Source: Podarcis melisellensis
Lineage: Eukaryota
Assembly (NCBI GenBank): GCA_964234715.1
Contig: OZ174276.1
DNA: 64,000 bases
Reading direction: 5' to 3' (one strand)
Made by a program: the position numbers and the translations under genes
The notes under the pieces: generated by a model
Told to the model about the DNA's origin: nothing
Databases searched by the model: none
Seen by the model: the letters and a program-made list of their open reading frames with translations, nothing else
Shown here: piece by piece, positions 38,614 through 52,115 of the stretch
How positions within the stretch are numbered: position 1 is the stretch's first letter
How the letters are laid out: the number at the start of each line of letters is the position of its first letter

Positions 38614-41600
38614 TCATCTACCTCAGCATAGGGAGAAAGGGGGAAACATGGGGTTCTTCACTGTTCTTACTCCAGCCAAGTGTTTTGTTTGCTCATGTGC
38701 TCAGAAACGCCATTCCTGCACCGCTGGTGCCGAAGCTCCCTGGAAAAATACAACAAGTGCATGAGATCACCAGACTGCTGCAGTCGGGAGGGGTTTGTTT
38801 TTGCCATCCCATGTGAAAAGAAATATAGATCTGGAGCTCTGCTGCGGGAAGGGGCTTCAATAATAGCCCGAACTCCCTGTGGGACTCTCCTGGAGACTGG
38901 CTCAAATGATGAGAAGGGGGGGGCAATGTGCCAGATCTTCGTTCAGTTATGAGTGGAATGTCTGTAGCTCCTTTCAGGAACACTGTGTTCCTTCCTGTGA
39001 TACTAACGTCACCATCTCCAAGCAAGAAGGCCAAGCAGGAAAGCTCAAGCCGCCCTTCAGGTTCCCACCCTCCTTTACCCTTGATCTGAGTGGGTCGTGT
39101 TTTTTTGACCTGATATAAACAATCCCTCCTTTCATAAGCAGGAGGTAAGGGAAATGAATGGAACAATGGTAGCTGGTTGGCCAGTGTAGGCCGATTATTG
39201 ACTAAAGAGATTTAGTTTCCTAACCTTGCAGCATTATATAATGGTTCCCACAGATGGAAACACTGAGATCCTTACGTATGCATCCTACTGACCCTTCTGA
39301 GTCTACTGTGGTGGTGTACCCCTGGGGTAAACACCCTTCAGCTTAGTGGCAGTCATGCTTTCCTACAGATGCTTCCAGTCAGGGTCCATCTGCAAGATGC
39401 AACAAAGCATCCTATGGTACCTTAAAGACTAAGACATCAATTATCACATAAGCTTTCATGGGCTAGACTGTAGTCACTAGAGTCCATGGAAGTTTATGCC
39501 ACAGAACAAGAGGTAAGAAACCTATGGCCTTCCAGATGTAGCTGAGGACCACCTCCCATCATCCCTCTGACCACTGACTATGCTGGCTGGGGGTGAAGGA
39601 GGTGGGAATACAATAACATTTGGAGGACTACAAGCTTCTCACAGAGGGCAAGGTGCTACAAAACACTTTTGTTGCTTCTGCTGCAACAGACTAATGCAGC
39701 CACCACTCCGGATGTTTCTTCCACATGAGCACAAAGTAATCCTATGTCATCATTCCTTCTCTCCACGCACACATTTCAACCCCTCCACGGGCAGCTGCTC
39801 TCCTAGCGTGGCTTTCTTCCCTGGACATGTTCCTGCCACGTGGAGAGCCCCTGCTAGCGATCTACCACTCTGGGCGAAGAGCACAGCTGCGGCTTTTTAT
39901 AGAGAATGAGTGAGCCCTAGACATGAGGAAAGCAAAGGGCCCCCTGTGTCCCAGACCCTGCTTGAACTCTGCGTGAGTGGTTCACACAGTTGGAGAAGGG
40001 GACAAAAATACCACTGCTTCTACCAGGCAACAGGGCAAGCAACAGAGCGCAGCTGTAAACAAACCATGGCCTCCTCATTCCTGACAAGTGACTGTACACT
40101 TGGCAGTGGTCCTCCTTCTGAATGTGGAGCAGAGAGGCATCCAGGTTGCTGTTTTTTGCCCAGAGATCCATGTTAGTCCTCCTTTCATTGTCTCTGAACT
40201 TAGTTTCCCCCCCTTAGATTGCTGCTTTGAACAAACCAACCTCTGACCCAGCTCCACAAAAGTATTAAAAAACGTCATATTTAAAAATATACACTCCTCT
40301 GTATAGATACCAGAACAATTGGAGAGGTCCCTTTGTGTGCAAATCTCTTTGGCTGGTTAGCAGAGCCATAAAAAGTGCATGTGGTGTAGGGAGAGAACGG
40401 AATGCAAGAGCTTCCACCCAGCTTGCAGTGTGTGGGTTCCACAGGACTCATGGGGGTGAATGCTAACAGGACAAAGTGAGAAGTCTATTGCAGGGGGTAT
40501 TTCTGGAGAGTCAAGAAAGGTTAAGTCTGATCATTACATATAGGAGTCTCTTACTGGGGGAGCATTAACTGTGCATAGATGTGACTGCAAAATTTAGACT
40601 GATGTTTGGTGAAAGGTCACAGAAGGTTTTGTGTTGCTGGTAGCAGCCGGCACTTAGCAGTTCTAAGCGTGCAAAGACTTATTGGGAATTTCTGTCCCAA
40701 CAGAGGCAAGTAAATCACTTTTAGCAATGGCAGGTCTGCAGGACTGACAGCTCCAATAGTGGGCAAGGCATATATTTTAAGTGTTTATTGCAAAAGGAGC
40801 CTTGGGTGGGTGTGGCTTTTGGCAGTTTCTCTTAGCACTATAGCCTTAGAACATGAGAAGGTGCACCTATAAAAACTCTCAATTCTGTCCTGCATTTAAA
40901 GGTGCAAGAGCCATAATTTTGTGTTGAATTTACATGTGTAGACCCAAGAAAAGCATGGAGGTAATGGAGGGCCAAGAATAGATGGGAAAGCTGTGGACTT
41001 TGATGTATTTGTAGTTCTAAGTGGAGGATACTCTACATATACCGGTATACCATGTATACCAGGCTATATACAGGTTGTAATATTGGGCAAAAATGACACT
41101 TTCAGTTCACACATCTCCAAGTAGCTTTGTAAGCAATACCTTAAAAAGAAATTGCACCTATTTGGACACCGTTTCTGCCCTTACAGTGACAATGGAACTG
41201 CAGTGTCAGTGCAGCCCAGATGATACAGCTACGACCATCTGCTGATCAGTATTGTCAGGGATGCTTTTTGCAAAGGAACAATCAAGAGCTCCTTTTAAGC
41301 TTCCAGTTCTATACCTGTTCCATTCCTGATGTCACTTATGATGTCAGGTGTGGAGGAGGTGGGTGTGGTTTGTGTGAAACTGCCTTGTAGGTTAAAATGG
41401 GACCTGTGCTATGCCTAATTAATCCCACAGGCCTCCTTTAAATCTTAACAAAGGTTACACTAGATGACCCTCAGGGTCCCTTCTAACTCTCCAATTCTAT
41501 GATTCTATATAGCAATTAAAAAACCCAACAGCACAAGACCATAATGCTACATGGAGCCAAATTAATCCTTCTTCTAAACCTCCTAATCCATTAATTTCTT

Positions 41601-42641
41601 AGGTGATTAGGATTAGGTTGGAAAATAAGTATTTTGTATCCAGCAAAAGCTAAGTAATGCCCGTCATTACTAAATGAACCCCTGATAATTCTTCCAATGG
41701 AAAAATTCTCGCAGTTTCACAAGCCCTAATTCTTTCCCAAACACATGTAAGAATGCGACGTAAATCGTCTATCAATCATTCTTTAGAAATATCAAATATT
41801 TCCACTGCACAGATACTTCCTCGTTTTCATTTTTTTAAAAGGTATTTCAGGGATACGTTGAATTTAAAACAAGGGTGCCATCCCCCCAAACATTTTAAAT
41901 CAGTCTTTGAAGTGCCCTACCAATTTGAATTGTGCTCCATTGTTTCCCTTCATTAATTGTTTAATAGTGGGATCCTGTTCTTGAGTTATGAGGACAGGAT
42001 TGCTACTAAATCCTCTTGCACCAGTGGAATACAACAGCACCCTGGTGTGGTGGCAGCTCCGGCCCTACTATTAGGCAAAGCAAGGCAGCAGCCTCAGGCA
42101 GCAGGTGCTGGGAGTGGCAGCAGCTCCCTTTTTCTCCTGATTCTCCTAAGCTGGCCAGCTTCTGCTACCTAGGGGCCAAGCCTATTGCCCTCAAGGGGTG
42201 GTGGACAGTGTCCCATTGCCAGGAAGATTCAACTGCCAGCCTGGTGGGGTTCTGTGTGTGGAATTTTGGAGGTGGCATCTTGCCATTTGTCCTACATGTA
42301 TTGGGCCAGCTCCGCATGGCCATTTCACACCGGTGTAGCAATACTGCTGCATGGGCATTATAATTACGTGCCACCACAATACTTACATGGCGCTTATGGC
42401 GCAAGAGGTAACAATGGAATGGATGTGGTGGGCTGCAAGCAGGTCTTGATTGCAATCCTGTGCTTGCTCAGAGGTCAGTCTTTCACCACCACCACCCATG
42501 TCAGTCTAATGTTAGAGTTGGTAATCCCAAGAGTCCCTGCTCCTGCCACCCCTTCTCCTTGCCACCACTGCCTGTTCACCTGCCCTGTCTGAGGGAGAAG
42601 CCAGACACTCCCATGAAGCTGCATACTTAGGTTTATTTTTT

Positions 42642-42861
42642 CTTAACTACAGGCACTGCACTCCTTATCAGGAAGGCAGCACTTGGGAAGGGGAGGCTTA
42701 TCTTTCCCTCCCCAGCATGATCAGAATGAACACACATCCCCTGTGCCTACGACAGCCAGTGTTTGTGTGTGTGTGATTCTGATCACACTGGGGAGGAAAG
42801 AGATAAGTCTCCACTTCCCAGGAGCTGCCTTCCCAGTAAGGATTTTGTGCCTGTAATTAAG
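42642..42861. repeat. Long imperfect inverted repeat (probable old MITE)
   Basis: ~95-bp arms cttaactacaggcac...tgatcagaat / attctgatca...gtgcctgtaattaag. Confidence 0.8.
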
Positions 42862-43196
42862 TAGGGGGGAGAAATTGATATGTTTCTGCATGCTGCGTAT
42901 CTAGCAAACATCTGGTTAGGTCATAAGTGAACAAAGAGACAGGAGTGAGGAGGGGAAAGTAGCAGCCTCTGCTTATCTCATCCCCATCCCTCTGGGTAGC
43001 CCTGTGGATTGAGCCCAGAAGAAAAGGGGGAAGTGGATGGGTAGCAGTGACACTGCCAGGGAGCAGGGAGGCCCTACTGAGAACTTGCCCGAGGGCCCCC
43101 TAAAAGCACAGACTATCTTGTCTCCCCAAGCAGCAAGTGAATCTATGAACATGGATTTCAGGGGTTCCACTCATGCAGGATTAATGGGATCTAGGC

Positions 43197-43332
43197 CAGG
43201 CATAGGCAAACATGGCCCTCCAGATGTTTTGGGACTACAACTCCCATGATCCCTAGCTAACAGGACCAGTGGTCAGGGATGATGGGAATTGTAATCCCAA
43301 AACATCTGGAGGGCCGAGTTTGCCTATGCCTG
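43197..43332. mobile_element. Palindromic hAT-type MITE (family A), well preserved
   Basis: TIRs caggcataggcaaac...gtttgcctatgcctg; perfect 8-bp TSD ATCTAGGC. Decayed relatives at ~13803, 18183, 22226, 27720, 32100, 35390, 39508, 44285 and 52363. Confidence 0.9.
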
Positions 43333-45793
43333 ATCTAGGCTATGTGGAGGCCTGTGGAATGGAAAATCACTCACACAGCAGCACCCTTTGTCAAGTATTT
43401 ACACAAGAAAAAATTATAGTGCTGCTTTGCATATAAAAAATGCTATATTATTGCTAAACTGCAGTCATAAGCGCTATTAAAATAATAACTTCCAGTGAAA
43501 TTTCCTCTCAGGAGCTTGTTGTTCATCTGACTCATGCTCACTTTCCAACCTACTGTACGTTGGGTGCATACAGATAGATACCATCATCCCTTCTCGGCTA
43601 AGCTCAAGGGAAAATAGTTCTGTTTCTTTGCAGCAGATCCCAGCTATGCACTGTGATGGTGGGATGGAACCAGTGATGTCAGGCCATATTTCCTTCCCCA
43701 GTGTGGTTTTTCAGCTACTTTAAAAATGCTTTTTTAAAAGTTAAAACATGTGTATTTAATGCATTAAATGTACTTTCAGCACTTTACTCTTTTAAAAAAG
43801 TAGACTCTATGCTCAAAGCATGGCAAGAGGGACAAGGTTCAGTCCAATGAACCTGCATTTGAATCTAACTAGCATGGCTTTCGCATTCATAATGCAACAG
43901 AAGCAGGCTCTTTCTGCTGGGGGAAATTACTCTGCGACCCCAGAGTTTCAGTATGCCTGGTCTGGATGCACCCTTAGATTCTGTGATGGTAAGTGACCTC
44001 AAAAATAATGCTGAAGTTTTTGTCCAGCCTAGTAATTTACAAGTTTTTAACGGGAGGTCTTTTTAGTCAAACGACTCTCCATGTTAAACATGAGAGGGCA
44101 AAATCCCTGATGATGCATGCAACTGTACCATCTCATATTTCAGTAAATGTATGGTTCAGGAAGCTCCACAGGGTACAAAACTGGTAAAGTGGTATCTTTG
44201 ATTAGACCAACTTCTGTTTTTAGAGGAACATCTGACTACAAACGCTAACACAACATTTCCTCACTTGTAAGCATTCTCCTCACTCAGGAGTGGGGAACCT
44301 TTGGCCCTCCAAATGTTGTTAAACTCCATCTCCCATCATCCCTGACCATAAGCCATGCTGCTTGAGGATGTTGGGAGTTGGAATCCAACACCTTCTGAAG
44401 GCCCACCGATTCCCTGGCCCTGATCTAAAGGAAGCAGAGGGCATAAACTATTTCAAGTATGAGCCAATTCCCTAAACACCCATTAGGACCCCACCCACCC
44501 CTGTTATTGTGCCTCTTCTCCAGCCTTATCTTGCTGCGGTGCTTTTCCTCTCTAGACTGCTTGAAACAAAAAAGCTTTGCCTTCTGCATGAAAACATTTC
44601 CACAGCCTCCAGGAAGATCATTTCATACCAGGAATAGAGCAAACTGTAATTGGGATACAGCCCGGACCAACTCAAAATAGCTCAGTGTGTAACCCACAGT
44701 GCCATGTATCCGCTCTGATGTCTCTAACAGATGGATGGAACAGTCCCCCAATGAGTGGGTCCATCACACACACAATGCCATAAATGACCAGAATGCTCCC
44801 TGTTGCTCCAATTGGCCAATAGTGCATGGACAAAGAGGTAGGAATCTTTAACTGTTGCCAGCTAACCACCTATTTCCCTTTCCCTTAAACGTCCCTGCCC
44901 TTCCTTATTCACGCCACCACCCTCCACACAAAAAAGGCTCACATTGCATTTTACATTCCAAGAGCTTATGGAATGCATTAGTCCCGGATGAAAGTACAAC
45001 AAACTCAGATGTATAATCCTGACGTCAACCATCCCTGGAGTTTGGAAGAGAAGCTATAAACAGAGGGATGAAAGGAAGTTATAAAGACCATCTGCTTTGG
45101 CTTCCATGGACACATAGTAGACACGCACAGGCACAAAAGGTGATGGAAGAGACCGGATTTATTTCTTTGCTGAGGTGGCCAGTGGTCTCCGGAAAGGCGT
45201 AGAAAATGCTTGGAAGCAATGCAGAAAAGCTATTCCCACCTCCAGACTTTGCTCCTCCCTTCCTAGGGTGCTTCCAGAGGAGTGTTTGTTATGGGATTGG
45301 AGCTCCTCAAGCATGCAAGGTTTAATTTTATTTTATTGCAGTGTCCAAAATGATGTGGTTAGCATCAAAATATCAGCTCATATCCCCGCCTGCCGCCCCA
45401 TTGAATCTAGAATTCTCTTTTCCAGTCAAAATTTGACAAAGTTAAAAAAAAAAATAATGTGTTCCATTACCCTTCTGTGATATCTCAATGACCTATTTGC
45501 AAATTAATCCCTGACAGGAAGCACCTCTAGTCCCTTGCTAATTGGTAAGATGGTGCATAAACTATTGTATGAACATCGTCACTATCTGCTTCCCATCTGT
45601 TTTCTAGGGAAGAACTATGAGTCATAGATCTCAGGATTCAGAGAACCGCATTTGTATGCTGGAGATTTGCAGAAGCTTGCTGCAGAGAACAATTTCAGCT
45701 TCTCTGTAATATTTCAGAGATTATTTTCCCAGGCAGTAGCTATCTGCATCTTCACTACTGGACCTCTGCTACTGGTAGATTGGTATTTCGGGA

Positions 45794-45944
45794 NNNNNNN
45801 NNNNNNNNNNNNNNNNNNNNNNNNNNNNNNNNNNNNNNNNNNNNNNNNNNNNNNNNNNNNNNNNNNNNNNNNNNNNNNNNNNNNNNNNNNNNNNNNNNNN
45901 NNNNNNNNNNNNNNNNNNNNNNNNNNNNNNNNNNNNNNNNNNNN
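45794..45944. other. Assembly gap (151 N)
   Basis: Run of N. Confidence 1.
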
Positions 45945-46577
45945 CATCCAAGCCCTTTGAATTCTGATTGGCTCAAAGCTCACTACCCATAATGCACAAA
46001 CTATAGGAAAGGAATTAGAGGGTAGAATGGATAGGCAATATGGCACCTGCACCGTTTTCAGCAGTATATTGGTTGGTTACTCAAAGTCACAGATCGGCAA
46101 ATGCACTTCCCAAAACTCTCTTCCACAGTTCATAGCTGCTTGGGTTGTTGTTTTTTAATATAAAAGGCTAATTTCTCAGGGTGCTTCAAGATGGGAGCTT
46201 AATTTGTTCTCTGATTTGATATCAGAGTAGAACGACTGGAATTCATGAACCTAAACTAGTCATGCACATTCATTTCAGTTGATCTACCCTGACTAAAACT
46301 TACCACCCATACCATCAAAGGCCAAAAGTTGGAGAACTCACACCAAGTACTTTTCTCCCTCAACCCCTTTTATCGCCACAACAACCCGGTGAGGTAGGCC
46401 AGCTGAATGGGGGTTTGGTCTCTGATCTCCCAGGCCCTAGCCTAACACTCTGGCTACTATGCAACACAGTTTGCCATGAGTTCATTAACAACTTTTCTAT
46501 TTATAGTTAAAGCGACTGCCATCTGTGCTTATGTACATGCATCATCTCATCAATAGCTTCTGTACATGCATCACAAC

Positions 46578-46717
46578 CGGTGCTTTTTTCTGGGGGTACT
46601 TAGGGGTACGCAGTATCGGCACCCCTCCAAAAAAAGTTTAAACTGGGGCACTTGCTGTAACAACTTCATGTGATTACTGGCAGCTTTTCTTCTAAAAAGG
46701 AAAAATAAAAAGCACTG
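46578..46717. mobile_element. hAT MITE with CAGTGCTTTTT-type TIRs
   Basis: cggtgctttttt...aaaaagcactg; TSD ATCACAAC / ATCACATC; partial copy at ~50735-50790. Confidence 0.8.
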
Positions 46718-48584
46718 ATCACATCAAATCTGTTAAATTATCATCAGTTGCTAGAAGAACCAAGGGTCTGCCTCAGTATAATGCATTACTAAATCCAGGT
46801 CCCAGCTTTCTGGGCTCATAGGCACATTTGGCATTTTGAATAAGTTTAATGGGAACCACCATAAAATGGCTGCCACTGGGGCAGGGGCTGTCACAAAATG
46901 GCTGCTGTGGCCTGTTCTGTTTCCGTGGAGGGGCCCACTGGGCACAGCAGGCTGATTGTAAGAGCCTCATGGGATGCTTCTAGTGAGCAACTTGTTCCAA
47001 CATGGTTTGGTAGTAAATTGAGGCATTTTGAACTTCTGCCCCAGGCTCTGTCTCCTTCTGAAGAACTAAAGAGCCAAACCTCTAGCCTGAATATTGATAC
47101 CTCTCTCTCAGCCCAGCTTACCAGGAAGTAGCAGCGTCATTTTCTTTTCTTTTTCTTTTTTACTGGGTGACTGGGCACAAAGTGAAGGGCAGTGCCAGTC
47201 AAGACTTCAGCTGCCCACCACCTACATTTTCCCCAAACACTCCTGGGTCTCAGGTTAGCCCAAAGGTACTGTGGGCAAATGAATTTAACAGGTGGCTGGA
47301 GTCTTGGCTGATACTTGAGAGTGCCATGAGCCCAGCCATCTGGTGAAAAATATTATTGAAAAGGTCTCAGAATGGGCAGGGAATGGAGAGCCTCTCAGGC
47401 AACACAGGAGGCCTCTGTGGGTACTGCAGTGCCCGTGGATGCCACACTAAAGATTGCCTGATCTAGTCAACAGAGGCTTAAATTGGCCTAAAAAGTGTGT
47501 GCACTCTGTTGGGATCTGGTTATTAGTACCCATGATTACAAGTTCTAGCAGCCTTTCAAGAGGGGAAGCCCAGCACTTTAGTTCCCTCTTTGCCAGGAAA
47601 TAGACACAAGCTTAAAGGCTTGATACGTCATCAGGGAAGTCCCATTAGGAAGTCAGTTCGCTATTCATTTAATTTCTTATGGGAATTTCTATCAACGCCA
47701 TTCTTCAAACAAATTTCCAGGGTGCTTAGTCTTTGTATGGACATGTAAAGCTGCCTTACATCGCATCTGGGTGCTTTCTAACAGGGAATTAATATTGCAA
47801 ACAGGTCAGTCAGATATCTCATATGAGATCTTGGCAACAGGGTTGTTTTTCTTTTTCTAATAAAACAGCTTAAGTAATGAGATTGAGAATTCAGAAGGGG
47901 AAAGGCAAACAGGGCCAGATCCAGAAGCATTTCCACCAGATGAGCCTGCGGGGGCCAGTGCTCCTCAGGTGACACTGTGGTGACACTGCCATCCTTGCAC
48001 TCAAAGGACTCCACTGCAGAAGCCCCAGTGAGACCAGAGGCTCTCCCATTCCCTTGCTGCAGGAATCTCTGACTGAAAAAGTGACATTGAGTACAGGCAG
48101 AGCTAACATTTGGGATGCTGCTGCTACCCTATAGGGCTTCGTCTCACCAGAGCTCTGCCTTCCCTGTAGTGCAGCCTGAACCGTGGTGCACCACAAAGCA
48201 AGACAGATGCCAGTGACAGTGTGAGGATGGTGCAAACAAATACTTGCAAGCATGGGCCACACTGACCTCACAATAAATGCTCTTCTGGAAGCATACTCAG
48301 CCCATTGATCCGCTTAACCCTGTCTACGCTTACTGACGCTGGTTCTCTAGGCCTGGCAGAGGGCTTTCCCATGATCTGTACTTGATCCTTTTAACTGTGG
48401 AGATTCCGGGGACTGAAACTGGGACCTTCTTCTGCATTTCCCTTTACCAATGAACTCTGGCCCCTTAGGCTAAGGAGTGATGTGTGAACAAAATGCACAA
48501 GTGATGGCATAGGTCACATTTTAGCAGTGAGTGTGCTTAAAATTGGCTCTGGCCTCTTGCAAACTTAGTATTGATCATTTGCCC

Positions 48585-48926
48585 ACGTGGGTGGCGCTGT
48601 GGGTTAAACCACAGAGCCTTGGACTTGCCAATCAGAAGGTCGGCGGTTCGAATCCCTGCGACGGGGTGAGCTCCCATTGCTCATTCCCAGCTCCTGCCCA
48701 CCTAGCAGTTCAAAAGCACATCAAAGTGCAAGTAGATAAATAGGTACTGCTTCGGCAGGAAGGTAAACGGCGTTTCCGTGCGCTACTCTGGTTCACCAGA
48801 AGCGGCTTAGTCATGCTGGCCACATGACCCGGAAGCTGTACGCCGGCTCCCTCGGCCAATAAAGCGAGATGAGCTCCGCAACCCCAGAGTCGGCCATGAC
48901 TGGACCTAATGGTCAGGGGTCCTTTA
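48585..48926 (+). mobile_element. Sauria SINE, near full length
   Basis: gtggcgctgtgggttaaaccacagagcc...ggttcgaatccc B-box...cccagagtcggccatgactggacctaatggtcaggggtccttt (BovB-related tail). Confidence 0.92.
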
Positions 48927-51883
48927 TCACATCCAACAAAGAGACGATGGAGTCCGTTTCATTCCAGAATGACTGGCTTAGCTTGAGCTGTGCTTAATGA
49001 CTCCCAGACTCAGGTAAACACTGATGAGGCTTGCGTGTCCCCTTGCCCTGTGGCACTTACACCCTGCCAAAGCAATAACAGCTACTAACTAAATGAGCCC
49101 ATCTTGCCAACAATTCAACTGTGGGTGCAATGTTGTTTTCCGGCAATTACCTGCAGTGTAAGGTAACCTTAGCCACTTTACTGGATGGATTCCAAGGGAT
49201 GATTTGTACGTTGCAGCTCCTGACGTAACATGCACACGCAGAGTTCTCTTAAAAAATGCAGTGTGCTAAATAAAAGCATTGCCTCACTTATTTACACAGT
49301 TGGGAGTCCTGTATGAATCCTGTGTGTGCTATATATTGGTGTCTATTTGTGTCCTGTAACTCCTGCGTAATAATAATAATGTGTTCTTTATCATGTGTTT
49401 GTGTGTATTTGTGGGTGCTTCAACCGTTGCTTGCTAATTTATGCTGGAATTGCACTTTTCTAGCTCCTCCTCCTATCTATGACACCAGCACTTATTGCTA
49501 AGTGAGCGTATATTTGTAGCCTTGCACGGCAACCAGCTAATCCTGAAGCAAGTTCCTGCCAAAGCTAAAGTAGCCTTTTCTTTTTTTTTACCATTTCATG
49601 ACAAACTGTTCTATCAGCTACAGGAAGTGATGTTACTGCCTTCCTCACAAAAGGGAAACTCCTAGCGGTTACCATGGAGATATAGGCAACTCTGCAATTA
49701 CAGACTTATATAATCTTAAAGTTACAACACACACCCATATATACAGGCTTTTGTGTTTCGTTCACTAAGAACACTCACTCTGGGAGGTTGTTGAGCCCCC
49801 TGATCAAAAAGAGTATTAAAGAGCAGGCTGGATAGCAATGAAGTGAAGTAAAACAAGGTGTTCTAATACTGAAGTAATAGCAAGCTTGTGTGTGTGTGTA
49901 CACATGCACGTATATACAAACTGGTATGCATTTGCCTGGATGTATACAGTGTATATCATTTCTAAGAGAGACATAATCTAGAGCCAGGATGGGGTGAAGG
50001 GAAGAACTTTGCTCAAAATAACCTTGGCTTCTTCCTCTATAATAAATCACAAATGACTGTGAACTTTGTAAAAATGACAGCGTGGCCTTCTGCCTTCAGA
50101 GCACAAGCTGCAACTAGCTGGGATGGGTTTGTTCGAGAACATTAAACTGCTTGCCCCTGTTCAGGTGCCTGCTTAGATTGTAAAGTTGACCGGCTGCCAG
50201 GTAATGAGTTCTTATTTGTCTGTGAAGTACATAAAACAAATGCTTGCTTCTCATAGGGGAATGGAATTCCATTGGAAATTCAAATAAACAGGTGGAATTT
50301 CTCCCCCTTCCTTTTTCTTTTCTTTTCTTTTTCTTTTTAAAAATCAGACTGATGGGATCACTTGCCAAAGGCTGTATTTTTCCACTAAGCAAGTTCGGTT
50401 TAAAGCTGAAATCTCATTGCACTGCCCGCACTGCAGGCCGAAAGAGTGGTTACATAAGAAACATGGAAGGAGGGGCAAGGGTGGAGCAGCGAAAGGAACA
50501 ATACCGTAAAGCCTAACATGGACGTCTCTTTTTCCTTATTTATACAACAATTTTCAAAACAAGTTTTTTCAAAGGGGCTTCTATTAAAAGAAACGTATGA
50601 TAAAACGCAATTTTTAAAAATCACATAAAGGCTGCAGTTCCAACCCCTCTTACCTGGGAGTGAGCCCCATTGAAATCAGCAGGATTTGCCTTCTCAGCAG
50701 CTGTGGTTAGAGAACTGAGCTTTAAAAAGTGTGACACTGTAACAACTTCATGGTGAGTATCGGCGCCTATTTTTATAGAAAAAAGCACTGCACAGCACCA
50801 TTAAAAACCAGAAGAATCCAATAGAAACGGTCTAGTCAGCCATAAAAATGTGTTCCAAGATACCATTGTTTTCAAGTGCTGTTCAAAAATGGGAAGGGAG
50901 CTTGTCAGGCTATCATAAACCAAGAATTCCAGAGCTGTGGCACCACCAGTGAGAAGGCCCTGTGGCAACTGTCCACCAATCAGAACAAGCCAGAGAACAG
51001 GGCCTTCAATGCAAATCTTAAATCTGAGGGTTTAGAAAAGGTAAGTTGTAAATTTTATATTAAAATCTTTATGCACATGTTGAATGCTAAGGGTCTCTGT
51101 TTATTCTGCTGCTCCTTAGCTGTTTTGTAGCAGAGGATAATCAATAATGAAGCAAATCAGAATACTGCAAATGAAAGCTTTACATACAAAGCTTCACATA
51201 GAAAGCTTCCTAATGTGCAACATAATCTTCCAAGAAATGAAATTTATTCAGAGCAACACATCACAATGAGATATCTGGGTGATATGCTTGGTGAGCAGGC
51301 TGACAGTAGCTAAGTAAAGATTTAACCAGTGGTCATACACCACCTTGATTTAGTGATTACGAGCTGTCAGATGAAGTCATTGGAACATAAACTCCTCCTG
51401 GCTGCACCTGTGCAAGCATGTCTCCAAATGACCTGCAAGGCAGAGGAAAGCAGAATTTGAGCCACAGGGCTAAAATGGGTACCCATGCTTTTTTCTGTCT
51501 TTTATAGCACAGCACTAAAGAGGGAGGAAAAGGTGGGTCTCACATGACAGACCTTGTCAGAGGCCTAGGAGGGATAGCATGCAAGAGATAATTTCATCCA
51601 GAGACTAGGGTGCTAGCCTTGAATATAAAAGTGGATGGGAACAAATGCCAGATTGGCTGTATGTCTCAAGAAAACTGGTTTTACTCCCATTTTACAGACG
51701 GATAACTGAAGTTAAGCAATCAAGACTATAAAATACTCAGCATAAGAGGATTCTTTGGGTGCATGGTGAAGAATTATTCCAGAAAAGGACATGTTGGCTA
51801 CAATCCTGCACACTGTTCTACATACCAAATTCCTAAGGAAAGTGTTTTCTGTTGTCTGCCCACTGGCATTAGGAAGATCCCAG

Positions 51884-52115
51884 CAGCGCCAGCTCAAGAA
51901 ATTTTGCTGCCTGAGGCGGAGGACAAGATGGTGCTCTTCCCCCAGGTGCATGCAGAAGCCAATTGGATTGGTAGTTGAAGCTTACTCCAATAGTGGTGAA
52001 AGGTACTTGAGAGCAGCAGACCACATGGCACTCACAGCTCTGTCTCCACCCCACCCCTCAGCATCTGCTGCCTGAGGCAGCTGCCTTCCTCTTTCTCATC
52101 ATAGAGCTGGCCCTG
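51884..52115. mobile_element. hAT MITE (CAGGGCC family)
   Basis: cagcgccagctc...gagctggccctg; TSD GATCCCAG / GATCCCTG; relatives at ~13086-13357 and ~42050-42300. Confidence 0.75.

Noticed and set aside
45652-46052. ORFs spanning the N run
   Set aside because: Artefacts of the assembly gap.
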